Assembly (NCBI GenBank): GCA_028534125.1
Contig: CM052816.1
Span: 75,456,001 to 75,520,000, forward strand
Direction: 5' to 3'
Length of the DNA stretch: 64,000 nt
DNA from: Lama glama
Taxonomy: Eukaryota
Part shown: positions 1 to 13,757 of the stretch, in pieces
Layout: every line of letters starts with the position of its first letter
How positions within the stretch are numbered: the stretch's first letter is position 1
Program-made: the position numbers and the translations under genes
The notes under the pieces: model-generated
What the model saw: only the letters and a program-made list of their open reading frames with translations
Told to the model about the DNA's origin: nothing
The model's database searches: none

Positions 1-3000
1 TATAAAGCAACTAAGTTGAAGAAATTCTACTTTAAAAGCCTAACACATTACTATGAAATACCATACAAGTTTTAAAAGGGCCAAGGACAAGAATTTTTTT
101 AACGTAATGGATCAGCAAGTGAATAGTTACTTGTAATGCCTGTAATGCTACAAAACAGGAGAAAAGCAGTGCACTCATAAATCATAAGATGTGTCAACAT
201 AAAAGTCATTCAGTCCATATATTTTGTAAATAACATTTCGTCTAGTTGTTTGCCTGAAGTCTAAGTAACTTCCTGTTCCATCAGTCATTAACACAATGAA
301 TCCTTGATATGCTGTAAGTAAAATATGTTCCATTATCTGCTGTCCTTAATAAAACCAGGCTCTCTTCTGACCTTTCCCTGCTCATAGCTGCTACTCACCA
401 AGTTTACCAGAAGGTCAGGAAGTGGAAGTTGGTGTTCTTCCCTGTCTCCTGCGTTCCGGACTCCCTCCCTTTTTCTAGACCCTAATACTTGCACTTCTTG
501 TAAAATTCTTGTAAAATCCTCTTCTGTGGATTAATTCAATCTCCAGTCCCACCATTTTGTTTTTAAGGCACTCCTTTTCCCACTTCCTTTGGGAAACCTT
601 CCTGATTCTAGATTCTCTGCCCCTGCACTGCCATCCTGTACTTCTCCTTCATTACACTGTTAGTGACTATTATTAAAATTCCAAACGTACCTATCCATAT
701 TAACTGTCAGTACTGGAGATGGCCTTCTCAGTTCTAGCAATTTACATTTTTTAAAATTTGATTTTCAAGAAAACTAAATTTATTCCAAGTTTACAGATGA
801 AGAAAATGAGGCTTTTCAAGGTTAAGAAATTTGCCGATACCACAGTTAGAAGGCCTTGAGCCAGTCCAGTATCAAATCCAAGAAGCAGAACTCCAGAACT
901 TTCTCTTCCACCTGTACTCCTCCACTGCCTCCATAGTATTCTAATTTGTTTTATCATTATTGTTTATCCTCTTGAAAGATTCCAAGCTTTGTGAAGGAAG
1001 GGACCGTATCTACATTTCCACATGGGTAGGTCCTAGACCCATGCTTGACACATAACAGGAGTCTGATTTATATTTGCTAAAGAAATGAATGAGTAAGTCA
1101 GTCAATACCCTATCCTGTATTGTTAAAAAAAGATGGTCGATAGGTTGGTGATGGGTCAGTAGTTTTATTTTCCTGTGATAAAATCAAGCATATTGATCAA
1201 AATGGAGCCACAAAAATAAACTACTTAGCAATAACCCGGAGCACATAATGTTCTCAGACTTTTTTTTTTAACTTTCCATTTATATGTAAAGGTCTCAATT
1301 TCGACTGGTTGAAAGAAGGACAGTTTCAATTAATGAAATATCCTTAAAGAAATAAAATTTTATTACTCAAGTGTATAGTGCAATAAACCAAGTCAATAAG
1401 ATGTGCTTCATGGATATGTACTTCATGAATAAGTTAATTATAATTTGCTTTTCCAATAATTTTTTAAAACATCAACACACATGCCCCAGATTATGCTAAG
1501 CATTATAGGGAATATGAAAGAAGGAGAAGCTCTAAACTTGCGTTCATAAGTACTTTACAATCTAGTTTGATGTATGAGACAATGGATGGGCAGAAAAGAA
1601 AATCTCTAATCAAGTGACATGTTGCATGATGCAGCTTACAATGCTGTAGATATCCTGAGTGGAGCATCTTCCTGAAAGCTGGAGAAGTCAGGAAAGTTTA
1701 GAGAAGGAAATGATGTTAGCTGAGAGATTATAAACTTTTCATGAGTAGAGATGAGGGAATTTTAGGAGAAGTACAGGGAAGGGTAGAGAAATGAGCTAAC
1801 AAGTAGGAAGTTAATGAATAGAACAGAAAGGCAAGTTCCTTTCCTTTTTGTGCTATAAAAACAATTTGTGATTGGAAAGAATTACAGTTTGCATTCTATT
1901 AAAAACAACGGGCTGGTTGATGGAAGACAGTGACCACCACTCTGAGCATTTAGCCTAACGTAAGACCTAATAGAGAATCATTGAAGATTAAGAGCAAAGT
2001 GACCAACGAAGGGTACTAGGGAGGTCACACCATCATTATTTTTAGAAGAATGAAGGAAGAGCAGAGGCTGAGGGGAGAGAGATCAGCTGGGAGGCTCCCA
2101 CAGTTATTTAAGCATGAGGTGAAAGGGACCTGGATTACAGCTGAGACAGGAGGAATCTGAAGGAATAGAGACGCAAGTCACCATAACAGCAGAATCAAAA
2201 TGACCTACTGACTGACTGTACATACGTATGTAGAGAGAGGAAGAAATAAATGATTACATAAAGTTGTAAGTCAGGAGAACCAGAAGGACTGTGGCACCAC
2301 TGTTAACTATGGAAGAATCAGTTATGAAATCAGTTGGTGAGGAAAAAAAGGAGAATAAGAAGTTCAGATTTAGACACACTGCTCTGGAGGTAACTGAAAG
2401 CATAAACATGGGGCATTTTTTTAAGGCTTTTGCAAACATGAGACAGAAATGTAATGGCAAATCTGGGCCAGAAATTTATTGGGGAACGAAACAAAATTTA
2501 TAAATTATTATTTTTAATAATTTGGATAGAGATTTTTGAGACATGACTTAAGTTAGGAAACATTCTCCTTCAAAATGGGTGCTGACTATATTTTTTTCAA
2601 ACCAGCTCCTAGAGTAATGGAAATAAAAGCAGAAATAAACAAATGGGACTTAATTAAACTTAAATACTTTTGCACGGCTAAGGATACCATCAACAAAATG
2701 AAAATACAACCTACATAATGGGAGAAAATATTTGCAAATGATTTGACCGACAGGGGGCTAATTTCCAAAATAAACAAACAGGTCATACAGCTTAATATCA
2801 AAAAAACAAAACAAAAGAAAACAAGCAACCCAATCAAAAAAGAGCAGACCTAAATAGACATTTCTCCAAAGAAAAGACATCCATATGGCCAACAGGCACA
2901 GGAAAAGATGCTCACTATCACTAATTATTAGGGAAATGCAAATCAAAACTACAATGAGATATCACCTCATACCAGTCAGAATGGCCATTATTAAAAAGTC

Positions 3001-3270
3001 TACAAATAATAAATGCTGGAGAGGACGTGGAGAAAAAGGAACCCACCTATACTGTTAGTGGGAATGCAGTATGGTGCAGTCATTGTGGAAAACAGTATGG
3101 AGATTCCTCAAAAAACTAAAAATATACTTACCATATGACCCAGAAATCCCACTCCTGGGCATATATCTGGAGAAAACTATAATCTGAAAAGACGCATGTA
3201 CCCCAATGTTCACAGCAGCAATATTCACAATAGCCAAGACATGGAAACAACCTAAACGTCCATCAACAGA

Positions 3271-3770
3271 NNNNNNNNNNNNNNNNNNNNNNNNNNNNNN
3301 NNNNNNNNNNNNNNNNNNNNNNNNNNNNNNNNNNNNNNNNNNNNNNNNNNNNNNNNNNNNNNNNNNNNNNNNNNNNNNNNNNNNNNNNNNNNNNNNNNNN
3401 NNNNNNNNNNNNNNNNNNNNNNNNNNNNNNNNNNNNNNNNNNNNNNNNNNNNNNNNNNNNNNNNNNNNNNNNNNNNNNNNNNNNNNNNNNNNNNNNNNNN
3501 NNNNNNNNNNNNNNNNNNNNNNNNNNNNNNNNNNNNNNNNNNNNNNNNNNNNNNNNNNNNNNNNNNNNNNNNNNNNNNNNNNNNNNNNNNNNNNNNNNNN
3601 NNNNNNNNNNNNNNNNNNNNNNNNNNNNNNNNNNNNNNNNNNNNNNNNNNNNNNNNNNNNNNNNNNNNNNNNNNNNNNNNNNNNNNNNNNNNNNNNNNNN
3701 NNNNNNNNNNNNNNNNNNNNNNNNNNNNNNNNNNNNNNNNNNNNNNNNNNNNNNNNNNNNNNNNNNNNNN
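3271..3770. other. Assembly gap (500 N)
   Basis: Run of N; the flanks share an identical 199-bp sequence. Confidence 1.
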
Positions 3771-3990
3771 TGGTGCAGTCATTGTGGAAAACAGTATGGA
3801 GATTCCTCAAAAAACTAAAAATATACTTACCATATGACCCAGAAATCCCACTCCTGGGCATATATCTGGAGAAAACTATAATCTGAAAAGACGCATGTAC
3901 CCCAATGTTCACAGCAGCAATATTCACAATAGCCAAGACATGGAAACAACCTAAACGTCCATCAACAGACGAATGGATAAAGAAGTTGTG

Positions 3991-4055
3991 ATATATATAT
4001 ATGTATGTGTATATATATATATATGTATATATACATATATATATACATATATATA
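3991..4055. repeat. (AT)n-rich microsatellite in L1 3' region
   Basis: Interrupted atatat run. Confidence 0.9.
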
Positions 4056-5349
4056 TTGGAATATTACTCAGCCATAAGAAAGAATGAAATACCGCCATTT
4101 GCAGCAACATGGATGGACCTAGAGATTATCATACTAAGTGAAGTAAGTTAAGGAAAAACAAATATCATATGATGTTGCTTATATGTGGGAATCTAAAAAA
4201 AAATACAAATTTTATTTACAAACAAGAAATAGACTCATGGACATAGAAGACAAACTGTGGTTACCAGAGGGGAAAGAGGGAGAGGGCAAGATTAGGAGTT
4301 TGGGATTAATAGATACACGTTACTACATGTAAAATAAATAAACAACAAGGACCTACTGTATAGCACAGGAAACTATATTCTATTTTTTATAATGAGCTGT
4401 AATGGAAAAGAACCTGAAAAAAAAATATATATATATGTATAGGTGTAACTGAATCACTTTGCTGTACACCTGAAACTAACATTGCAAATCTACTCATTAC
4501 ACTTCAGTAAAACTTTCTTTTAAAAAAAAGTTTCCAAAGCAATTCTTCAATTTGAAAAAAAAAAAAAAAGGGTGCTGACTTTTAGAGGAATTGAAACTTC
4601 CCTGCTAGAACTCAGATATATCTCAAAAATGTAACTTTATTTTCTGTGAATTCTTCTTGCCTTCCTGTCCCTAATTCAACGACTGAAGAAAAATATCTTA
4701 AACTTTCCTATTTATATTATTGTTTGAGGTAAAGACTCAGTTGCTAAAAATTTAAACTCCCTATCAAGACTGTATTTGCCTTGTCATAGGGTTTCTCTTC
4801 TACCACCTCCATTTCAAGATTCATCCAAATACTCATAGAGGTGGTGGGATGGGGTCACTGGTCCAGAGACTGTCATTTCACATCATGCTGGCTGCCACTG
4901 TGACGTGCTTTGTCCTAGCGAGTTACTAAGCAATCTCAACTGGTCTTCATCTTGAACCAGTCTTTTCACCTGGTCTTTTGAGGCTTTATGCTAATATCCA
5001 TTACAAAATATGCATTCCTATCATAGCATCTAGTCAAGGCCCCTTCTGTTCTATCAGTTTTCTCAGCATTTTTGTCACCATATTTGGTCACACAGGAGCT
5101 TATGGATACCACAAATAGGCTTCTTGCAGTTGAGAAAATTATCACTGGTCCATTCACTTCCTCCAAGAATATTACTTTTATGCTGCCATTCTGAATTTCA
5201 GGCTTCTCTGAAAGATCTGTAATCTCTTCAGAATATATCTAGGGAATTAGAGTTCGAGATCTGACACTTTGGGATTCCCCAAAATTTATTTGGGTATGTT
5301 CTGCTGTTCCCCAGGGTCTCAATTTTGAGAGAGAGGGTGTAGCCAAGAT

Positions 5350-5743
5350 CCAGTGGTATACTGGAGCCAGCTTATACCAGCTCATGAAAGCTGACTGTTA
5401 AATTTTCAGGGATATTATCAGCCAGCTGTTAAACACAGACATCCTCTTAAATTAAATTATATGAACTTACATTTAAATTCATTACATTAAAAACAAAGGT
5501 AATAAATACTCCAACTCATCTTGTCCCAATAATTTTAATATGTTTTACTAATTTTGTTAGTATTTCACTAATAAAGTAGACTTCACTAATATCTATCTAT
5601 ATCCTTAAGTTTATTTACATGTAATGTACCTTTCCAATTCTCCACTCAAATGACATCAGATTGGTAGCTTGAAAATGTCCATAATGTATTTATGCAACAG
5701 AAATTGGCAAATGCTATGGTAGATATTTACCAACACACAACTG
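5350..5743 (+). mobile_element. hAT DNA transposon relic, MER63-like
   Basis: Starts ccagtggtatactggagccagcttataccagctc and ends ccaacacacaactg, resembling recalled MER63 termini. Confidence 0.65.
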
Positions 5744-7240
5744 CTCATGACTCACTGCTTGCCCATTACTTCCTTGACATTTCATCTCTTCACCTCTTCT
5801 TTCGAGCAGTCTTACTACTTACTACTTCTACCTTATGTGTCAAAAGGCCTGCCTTTGTATCTGCCTCTTTGTCTGGGTTTAAAAATGTGATAATGGCTTT
5901 TATTATTTATTTTAAAAGAAGGGCAGGAGAGGACCTGGACTTTCAAAGCATTATCCTCACTGCATGACTACTAACTAGCTTTCCGAACCCTATCTTCATA
6001 GTGTTTAAAAAGGACAAATCTCAGCCAAGACTCCAAATTATTCCAAATTCGAAATTAATAGAGTTCCATTAGTCAAGATTTATTACAGCAACAAGTAGCA
6101 ATAAGTTGCCTACTTGAGTTCTGAATAATTCACAATTGCAAATACGCCTCCATATTTTCACACCATGGCATTCTTAATTCCTCATAATTTTCTTAGTTTC
6201 TGATGATAATAAAGCTGATTTGATTTAACTGGTAACTTATGAACATGGATAATCGTGTTCCCTTGGCTTCTTTAACAAATGGAATCACCTCAGTACAGCA
6301 ATCTCAAAGCAGAGGATTTTCTTCGCTTCTGTTTCCAGAAATGGTATGGAGAGAAGAGATTGCTTCATTAGTCACTAATAGTTATTTATAAAATGAGAGA
6401 AATCACAGATTAATGAATGTTTCAGATTCTTCCAGCACCTACACTCAGTCTTAGCCCAATTAAGCTCTAGACTAAATCTCTATTTTCTCTATCTATTGAT
6501 TAAATGGCCACTTTGCCAGATAGAATTTAAAAGAACAAGCATTTGGAAAGTAAATTTATTGCCAAATTCTCTGGTACAGTAATTCCAGTTCCCTGAGTAA
6601 TGCAACATTTTCTAAGCCAAAGAAATAGAATAACAAATTTTCATTCATGGGAAAACGCTAGAATTTTCCCCTGAACATAATGGGAAAGTGGAATTTCTAT
6701 TATTGAGACAAGGAATCTAGTTACTTTGGAGGGTATCAGTATCGATACCTTGCAATTCTATAGTGCTTTCTATTTTATCATCAAAAGAAATAATGTGAAG
6801 TTCACCTGTAAGAATCATCCTTGTGGGAGAGCATACCATAGGTAGTAGTGTTCACCTAGGTTTATAAACTCTGGCTACCAAAACCTTAACTCTAATTGTT
6901 AAGCAAAGTCTACCCATCCAAGTATCATATATAGCAATACTTGATTTAATTTACTCTCAGGGGTTTATCAAGAAAAGAGAAATACTTACAGAAGTCAACA
7001 TTCAATAGTGATAATACTACCATATGCATGTTATAACCAAAAGAAAATGACAAATTAAATTTTAAAAAAATTAACAAAACTGTAAATGTATACATAGTTA
7101 AGGTTCTCATATCACCAGATGATAATCCAGCTTAGCTAGAAAAAATGATTTGGTCTCATCTGGATTTTGCTGTTTGTATCACTGAGTTCTTCTTTCAAAC
7201 CTTCTAAGATGGGAGAGCTCTTTTTCCCCTCTCATCCCTT

Positions 7241-7416
7241 TTTTTTAACTTTTTTTTTATTGAAGTATGGTTGATAATTTACACTGTTGTATTAGTTTCT
7301 GCTGTACAGCATAATGATTCAGTTAGATGTATATATACATTCTTTTTCATATTCTTTTTCATTACAGGTTACTACAAGCCACTGAATGTAGTTCCCTGTG
7401 CTATACAGTAGAAACT
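7241..7416 (-). mobile_element. Short L1 3'-end insertion
   Basis: Poly(T) followed by the reverse complement of the L1 3' UTR seen at 4350-4510. TSD tctcatccctt at 7230-7240 and 7417-7427. Confidence 0.85.
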
Positions 7417-8859
7417 TCTCATCCCTTATTAATAGGTGCAATTATTTCTTTTTGCTCATGCACTTACTAGGAAACAACTATTTATCACATTTCTGCAGGT
7501 ATTTTTGCCTCTCTCTAACATACTCTAAAAAGGCTAATTGCCTACTTCTCTGTGATGAGAATAGCTGCATCTTATTTCAGCTTTATGCTGTTTTCTTGCA
7601 TTACTGCTCTATGACACTCCCTCTGCCATGATATGAATATTCCATGTGTGAAGAGCTTCTCCATCTATGATGACAATAGAAAGTGTTACACCTTTCTTAC
7701 AGATCTGAGGTGAGCATGGATCTCTCACATTAGGTAGCCCAGGTAACACTTTTTGTAGGCCATCCATCAAGTAACAGTGGTAGCAACAGTCTAAGGCATC
7801 ATTGTTTACTTCACATCCAGTACCTTTTATGCCCAATTTCCTTAAAGATTAGTGGTTTCATTTATTTTGACAACTATCATAATGAGTAGTCAGCGCAATG
7901 ATCATTTCCTTATTTTACAGATGAGAAGGCTGAGCCTTAGAAATGTTAATTTATGTTCCCAACATCAAATAATTGGTGACTGAGTTGGTGACTGAGCTCG
8001 TATTAGAAGAAAGTGTCCATACAGATAAATGTTTATGATATATTGTCAAATAGTTTTTAAAATAAAAAATACAAAAATGCAGATAAAAACTATGTGCATA
8101 ATAGAATATTACTTTAAAATATATACATACAAAGAAAAGTTACTGGTAGAAAAGCACATTGTATAAATATCAAATATCTGCTATATTCTAGGCTGTGATA
8201 GGTTCTATGTCTACAGAGAGGAGCAGACATGGTCCTTGCCACACTGGAATTAATAATTTAATGAAAGAGACAAATGCTAATCAAGTAAATACAAAAAAAA
8301 ATCTATAATAACATAATGTGAAAAGTGTAAACAAAAAGCAAAGTGCTATTAATAGTATCCCGTTTAATGTAAATAAGGGCTGATTAGACTCTGAAGAAGT
8401 TAACTGAAGTTGTAAGCAGATAGACGACTAGAAATTAACCAGGTGAAGATGTTGGATGATTTGTTAATTTTCCTTTTTTACTTTTCTGACTTTCCAAATT
8501 TCTACAAAACGTGAGTTTTGCTTTATGAATTATACACTATGCATGTGTGACTTTTGACTCTCTCTCTGGCAGAGTACTTCCTATCAGACCAAACCTCTTT
8601 AAAAAACAATGCTAGAAACCAAAATTAAAAAGAGAATAACCAAGGCAAGAAATGCTTTAGCAGTCACGGAGACTGAGAAAAGGAAAATCCATTGTAGTAA
8701 GACAAATTCTCTGTTGCTTTTCCTTTTACAGAATTGTCTGTTATATGATAGGGGCAGAGTCCTCACAAAAAGCAGGTTATCAGAGCTTTCTGCTGTCTCA
8801 TTGTGCTGATGAGCTAAAAGCTAGTAGGACTTTTAAGACAGCCCGGACTCAAGGGATAG

Positions 8860-10815
8860 GCAATGATGTTAAAAGATTTTAATGTACTTCTTAACAGTAA
8901 CTGATAGAACAAGCAACCAAAATTCAGCAAAGATGTAGAAGATTTGAAGGATACTCTTAATAAGTTTGACTTAATTGAAATAGGTAAAAGACTATGAAAC
9001 TTTTTCATACACACTTTTCTAGTGCATACAAAACACTTACCATATGTTGATAAATAAATCATATATTGGGCTAAAACACAAGTCTCAAAATTAAAAGGGT
9101 TGGAAATATATTAAATTCTCAAACAACAGTGGGATTTAGCTATGTATGCATACTCTAAAATGTTTGGAAACTAAATGATACATTTTTAAATTATCTGTGG
9201 ATCAAAGACAAAATAAAAAGGGAAATTAGAAAATATTTTAACTTGAAAAACAAGTTGAAAAACAAAGGCAACATATCAAATCTTATAGGATAAAGCTAAA
9301 TCAATGTTTAAAGGGAAATTTAAAATCTTGAATGTATGTGTTAAAGGGGAAAAGGCTGAAAACAAATGATATATTTATTGAAACTTAAAAAAATAAACCT
9401 AAATTAAGTGAAAAGAAATGATAAAGAGCAGAAATTGATAAAAACAAAAAAAATGCCACAGAAAAATTAATAAGACCAAAAAACTGGAATTTTGGAAAGG
9501 CTAAATACAATTGATAAAACAATGCTGAGATAGAAAAATTGTTAATAACAAATATGTTAATACTAATAATAATAAAGGAATAAGGAATAAAAAAATCATT
9601 AAAGAAGCTACAGAATCTAAAAAATGTCATACAAGCGTATTTTGAGCAACTTTATGCCAAACAAATAGAAGTAAAAAGAGAAATGGACAAATTCCTAAAA
9701 GAACAAAAACTTATCAAAATGGCACAAGAAAAGAAATAATCTACATAGTTCTATTTCTATTAAATAGATTTTATTTTTTATTAAATTTTTTTACCTCTCA
9801 AAAACTTAGGTTCATATGGGATTTACTGGCATATATTTTAAAATAGCATCAATCTTAAACTCACAATATTAAAAATATATATGTAATATATTATAGCCAA
9901 CATAATTTTAATACTAACATTTGACAAATATATTGTAAAAAAGGAAAATTATAAGCCAGTCTTTCTCATGAACATAGAGACAAAAATCCTAAATATATAT
10001 TAGCAAATCAAACCCAGGTATTCCCAAAATGCTTCATCTGAAAATGCAATGGTAGTTTGAAATTCAAAAAATCAATTGATGTGATCATCTCAGACAAAGA
10101 GAGAAATATTCTAAATTGGCTGGTCTTTATTCTTCCAAATTGTTAATGCCACCAATGACAATGAAAATTTAGGCATCTGTCTTCGTATTAAAGAGACAAT
10201 GATAACTATATTAAACATGATTTGGGGCTAGATTTTATACTGGAGAGAAAAAAAGCAATAAAGGATAATGTTGAAACCAGTAACAATATTGAAATATGAA
10301 TAAGACAAATGGCTCATATCATAAACAATATCAACAATATTAAATAGAAGTACTGTATCAGTTGCTAGTTTTTCTAAATTTGGTTATTGTACTTGGATCC
10401 ACAGTAGACTGGATACAAACTCATAGAAGCAGAGTAGAACGATGGTTGCCAAGGCCTAGAGGGTGGGGGGAAAAGGGGGAGCTATTAGTCAAAGGGCACA
10501 AAGTTCCAGGTGCGCAAGAGTAAATCCTGCAGATCTACTGTACAGCATAGTGCCTGTAGTATACTATATAGTATACTCAAAATTTTGTTAAGAGGGTAGA
10601 TCTTATGTTAAGCATGCTTGTCACAAAAAAACACTAATAATTAATAATAAGGGTGGGAATAAACTTTTGGAAATGATGGCTATGTTTATGGCATAGATTG
10701 TGGTGATGGTTTCACAGATGTATATTTATCTTCAAACTCACCAAGTTGTATACATTAAATACATACAACTTTTTGTATGTCAATCGTACTTCAATAAAGT
10801 GGTTTAAAAAAAAAA
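8860..10815 (+). mobile_element. Old, degraded L1 fragments (ORF2 region, then L1M-type 3' ends); boundaries approximate
   Basis: A-rich strand with L1 ORF2-like segments (aaattcagcaaagatgtagaagatttga; gaaatggacaaattcct; catgaacatagagacaaaaatcct). L1MA-type 3' end with aataaa and an A tail at ~10790-10815. Confidence 0.75.
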
Positions 10816-12068
10816 CCCAAGTAGGCAGGATAAATAAACTGTGAAATCTCTACAATGGGACTTGTCTTTGTTGTCTTCCATACATCTAAGCCTAGGAGAA
10901 CACTGTTTTTATTTAAACAGACTATTTCAACTTACCTATTAGAAAAGATTAAGCCAATGCAATCACACAAAAGGGCAATTAGGCATATTCCATGGCTTTA
11001 AGAAAAGGTATTTTGAGATATCCTTTCCTGAAGAGTAGGGCTATGAAAGTACCATGTCCATGCTATTGAAAGCTTTGCTTAGGCCCTGGCACCTGAGATT
11101 GCTCATCCACCCAGACTGTTGTGTAATTTTGTTCCCCACTGATTTCCTCTAGTGTTATTGGAGAGAAGAGCAGGAAAAGCCCTTTTATTCAAGCACAGTT
11201 TCATTCAACCACCTAGTCATTGCAGAATCATGAAATTGTCACGGTTTTATAACTAATTCTCTGCTACTCTCTGTTTTCCTGCCTCATCTGACAAATATCT
11301 CCCCAGTGACCAGTTTGGTAATACCTGTTAATCCCTAAATGTCAGCAATAGGAGAAACCGTAAAAACCAAAGCATTTGTTGATTACAGCAGTACCCGAGG
11401 CAAGTTCAGTTTCAGACTGAGTGCAAATCTTTGCCTTACATTCTCATAAATTGTGTTCTTTGCATCTGTGTTCACAATAGATTGGGAAGCTTAATTTATA
11501 ATAGAAATGCAAAAGGATTTATGCATGTTAAAGTTTCTTAAGATGGGGAAGAGGACAGGACAAGAATCTGGTTAAATGAATATGGTTAAGAGATTAAATG
11601 TATTCCCACTTAAAAGGCTACATGAATTTCTACTGAACATAGCAATTGGCCATATGGACTTACTTCATCAATCTCCCATTATAACGGCAAAGAAAGAAAA
11701 TACTGTAAGTCCGAAAGGACAGGGAGATTAGAAGAGAGCTCAATAGACATGACATTTCAACACCTTTTGGAAAATGGAAAGCAGATGGAAGAATGATACC
11801 TGACTTAGAGCAGAAAAAGCTATATGATAAAAGGCACACAGAGATGAAGGCTAAAGAAAAGAGCATTAGTTTTCTGCAGAATGCCATGGAGGCAAAGGAC
11901 TTGGAGGCACCAGATTACCTCACGCAAGACAAGTAACCACCTCCCCACCTTCTCCCACCAAACTCTAGGCTTGGAAAAAAGCAGATCTTACACATGGCAT
12001 GAAGAACATCAGAAATACATAAAGTATTTTTCTCTTAATTTCTTTAAAATATATATGATAGTTTAAAT

Positions 12069-13045
12069 CAGTTTCCCAACTCTTTCCTTATTGCCCCTTA
12101 AGAGCCTATTTAGACATTTTTTTCCTCATCATTATTCTCAATCCATATAATAAAATTTTAATACCTAAGATACATTGTACACCTGTTTATATGTTGTATA
12201 TATCTGTGCTTTATGTATAAAAAGGAGAAAAATACAGTTTATTCTTTTTGTTTCATATAACGTTCAGAATGACTCAATTTTTAGGTAAGTTAAATAAAAA
12301 ACTAAAAAGCTATTAGCCTGTAACATAACTTTATAATTGAATGATTGTTGCTAAGTGAATTTTAATATAATTTATTTAGTTCTATAAATTATAATATATA
12401 ATATTAATAGAACATTAGCAACATATGTAATATATAATAAGAGCTTTTGAAAGTATTAATTTTTGAAAAAAGTGATATAAATTAAACTTTGAATTTCCCA
12501 AAAATTATTTTTAGTGAACTTAACTTTTTTTACTTGTTATGAGAAAATGAAGAGCTACTAGATGCTTATTTAAATAATATTGATTTTTTTAGCACTTGTT
12601 GGGTTGAATAACTTTTATCAAATTGAATACAATAAAATATAAATAATTTTCATTTAATTCTCAAAGCCCAAATCACACATAAAAACACTGAGGATCAAAC
12701 AATGATCCAATGGCAGCCAATAGACACAAGTAGACTGCTTCTTGCAATATGCTTTGTGATGAGCAAACAATTGAAGAAAAGAAGCCATGTACTCACCATA
12801 GTCTCTTAGCACTAATCTTGTAAACATTTGTATGTCTTCCTTGAACTTGATGTCAACACTACTGGTGTGCTACCCAAGAAAACCCAACCAGAGAAATTAA
12901 ATTCTAAGGGATAAGTTTCTGTTGCATACAGCTAAGCTTTACAGTGCCATACACTATTGCAGTATCTAAGAATTTTTCACCATCCCTTACCAACAATCAA
13001 TTTTCATTTTCTTGAGGACAATGTCATCCCTGTAGTGAATACATA
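12069..13045. mobile_element. Probable hAT/Charlie-type DNA transposon relic
   Basis: Starts cagtttcccaac and has an AT-rich body resembling recalled Charlie/MER elements. Family not determined. Confidence 0.4.
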
Positions 13046-13195
13046 GTTTAAAGTACAAATTATAATAGTGTATTATGACATTTACATGAAGACTATAGTT
13101 TAAACACCTGGGATGGTGATAAATGCAGCTATATGTCTACTAGTACAAAGAAATAGGAAATTAAAAAACAAAACAAAGCAAAGCAAAAAACAGCT

Positions 13196-13757
13196 TGTTG
13201 GAGAGGAAAAATTTTTTCTCCACCCTTCTAGTTCTTCTGGCTAGCCTAAGAGCTAAATTGACATGCAACAGATTAATAAGGAAAAATTTAAAAAAGCTTG
13301 ATAACATATATACATGGGGGTGACCCAGGAAAACTGAGTAACTCACCAAAATGGCCAAAACCTTTACCTTAAATAACATATTCAGCTAAAGACAAAAGAG
13401 AATATTGAGGGTAGTGGTCTGGGACTTCAAAGGGGAAGAAAGCAATTCACATGAAGATGGAAAAACAAATGTTAAAAAAAATTTGCTCGGCCCAGTAGAG
13501 ACAATGGCACCTTGAGTAGGCTCTGATCTCTAGGCCCTGCTGAGTCTACCAGACCAGACCTGTCCCATATTCTTTGTAGATATCACTAGTGATAGCTCTA
13601 TTCTGGAAACAGCCCCTTAATACAGAAAAATTTAGGCAATTAAATGGACAGGAATAAGAAAAAATTCCTGAATCTTCTGTCTCTTAAAAATAATCAGCCT
13701 AAATTAATCCTTATGCCAAAAAGACACATTTGATGTGGCAAATTTTGCTCACCTACA
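13196..13757 (-). mobile_element. ERV1-class LTR
   Basis: TG...CA termini (tgttggagagg...cacctaca), ~560 bp, adjoining ERV-internal-like sequence. Confidence 0.65.

Larger units (their letters stand above)
2588..4569 (+). mobile_element. 5'-truncated LINE-1 (ORF2 C-terminus, 3' UTR, poly(A))
   Basis: Encodes [40 protein letters not shown] and the L1 ORF2 end motif [21 protein letters not shown]15 tail. TSD gggtgctgact at 2577-2587 and 4570-4580. Confidence 0.95.

Noticed and set aside
3055..4110. Long ORFs of 176-351 aa in the track
   Set aside because: They run through N residues and L1 sequence, so they are artefacts of the gap.
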